Shown piece after piece: positions 63,387-64,000 of a stretch of DNA of 64,000 nucleotides. The first letter of the stretch is position 1. Each line of letters starts with the position of its first letter. The notes beneath the pieces were generated by a model that saw nothing but the letters and a program-made list of their open reading frames with translations, did no database searches and was not told the origin of the DNA. The position numbers and the translations under genes are program-made. Origin of the DNA: Cetorhinus maximus (Eukaryota); the NCBI RefSeq assembly GCF_964194155.1, contig NC_135898.1:13578001-13642000 (forward strand). The letters run 5' to 3'.

Positions 63387-63526
63387 GTCAGCCCATAAAT
63401 CCTCAATGTCGCATCTATCCTGAGGAGATGATTCAGACTGGGATTTCTGCTATTGATGGCATGAACAGCATTGCTCGAGGACAGAAAATTCCCATCTTCT
63501 CAGCAGCTGGTTTACCACACAATGAG
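63387..63526 (+). CDS. ATP6V1B2: ATP6V1B2 exon 6
   Basis: [47 protein letters not shown]. Confidence 0.96.
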
Positions 63527-64000
63527 GTAAATGACGGGGCCTGCTCAGCCCTCACAAAGCAGGGGTGAGAATATCAGCAGGCACTAGCTAAATTCTGATT
63601 TTATATATGAGAGAACCTGTCTGCAGTGCCCATAAAACAATGCATAGATGAATGGTTGTTTAAATTGGGGCCTCAGCTGAGGGGAGAGTTTGACCGACTC
63701 AGTTGGCTCATAACAATGTTGGGTTCTGTTCCATTTTGGTACCTCCTGTTGGGTCATGCAGAGGTTTAAGAAGGACATGAGAAAACCAACAAAGATAGCA
63801 GAGAATTTATACAAAAATGAAAGTCACTTTTTCTTTCTCCCACTTAAATGGAGCTGCAATACGATTGTTGTGACCAAAGATTCCTAAATACAGTATAAAG
63901 GAGCCAGAATTGTGCTGGATCAAATATCTTGAGAGCCATGAGCTCACACAATTTGGGCACTATGCAAATTTTGTGGCATGCTGAATATTTGGACTGTATG

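Overview
Eukaryotic, intron-rich vertebrate DNA. The HE1/HER1, CR1, DeuSINE and Penelope-type repeats point to a cartilaginous fish (shark); this is inference. Three protein-coding genes were reconstructed by hand from splice signals. (1) TTI2: minus strand, first coding exon 465->1, running off the window; CpG-island promoter at ~1.5-1.9 kb; missed by the ORF track. (2) A complete 15-coding-exon SLC18A1/VMAT1: minus strand, 42666->16902, 1572 nt, 523 aa, all introns GT-AG. (3) The first six coding exons of ATP6V1B2: plus strand, 51035->63526, head-to-head with SLC18A1. The rest is mostly decayed CR1/L2/HER1 LINEs, SINEs, PIF/Harbinger-like and hAT-like MITEs, a solo LTR and short Penelope-type remnants. 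The most notable items are a VMAT1 with substitutions at normally conserved pocket and gate residues, minimal hammerhead-ribozyme-shaped motifs in Penelope-type mini-elements (one with a perfect 14-bp TSD), a solo LTR with a G4/H-DNA-prone tract, and a long-TIR element with U2-like arms between the divergent genes. No prokaryotic-type system (CRISPR, rRNA, tRNA operon) is present, and most ORF-track entries are TE remnants or spurious. Homology calls and residue numbers are from recall, not database searches; TE boundaries are approximate unless a TSD or TIR is quoted.
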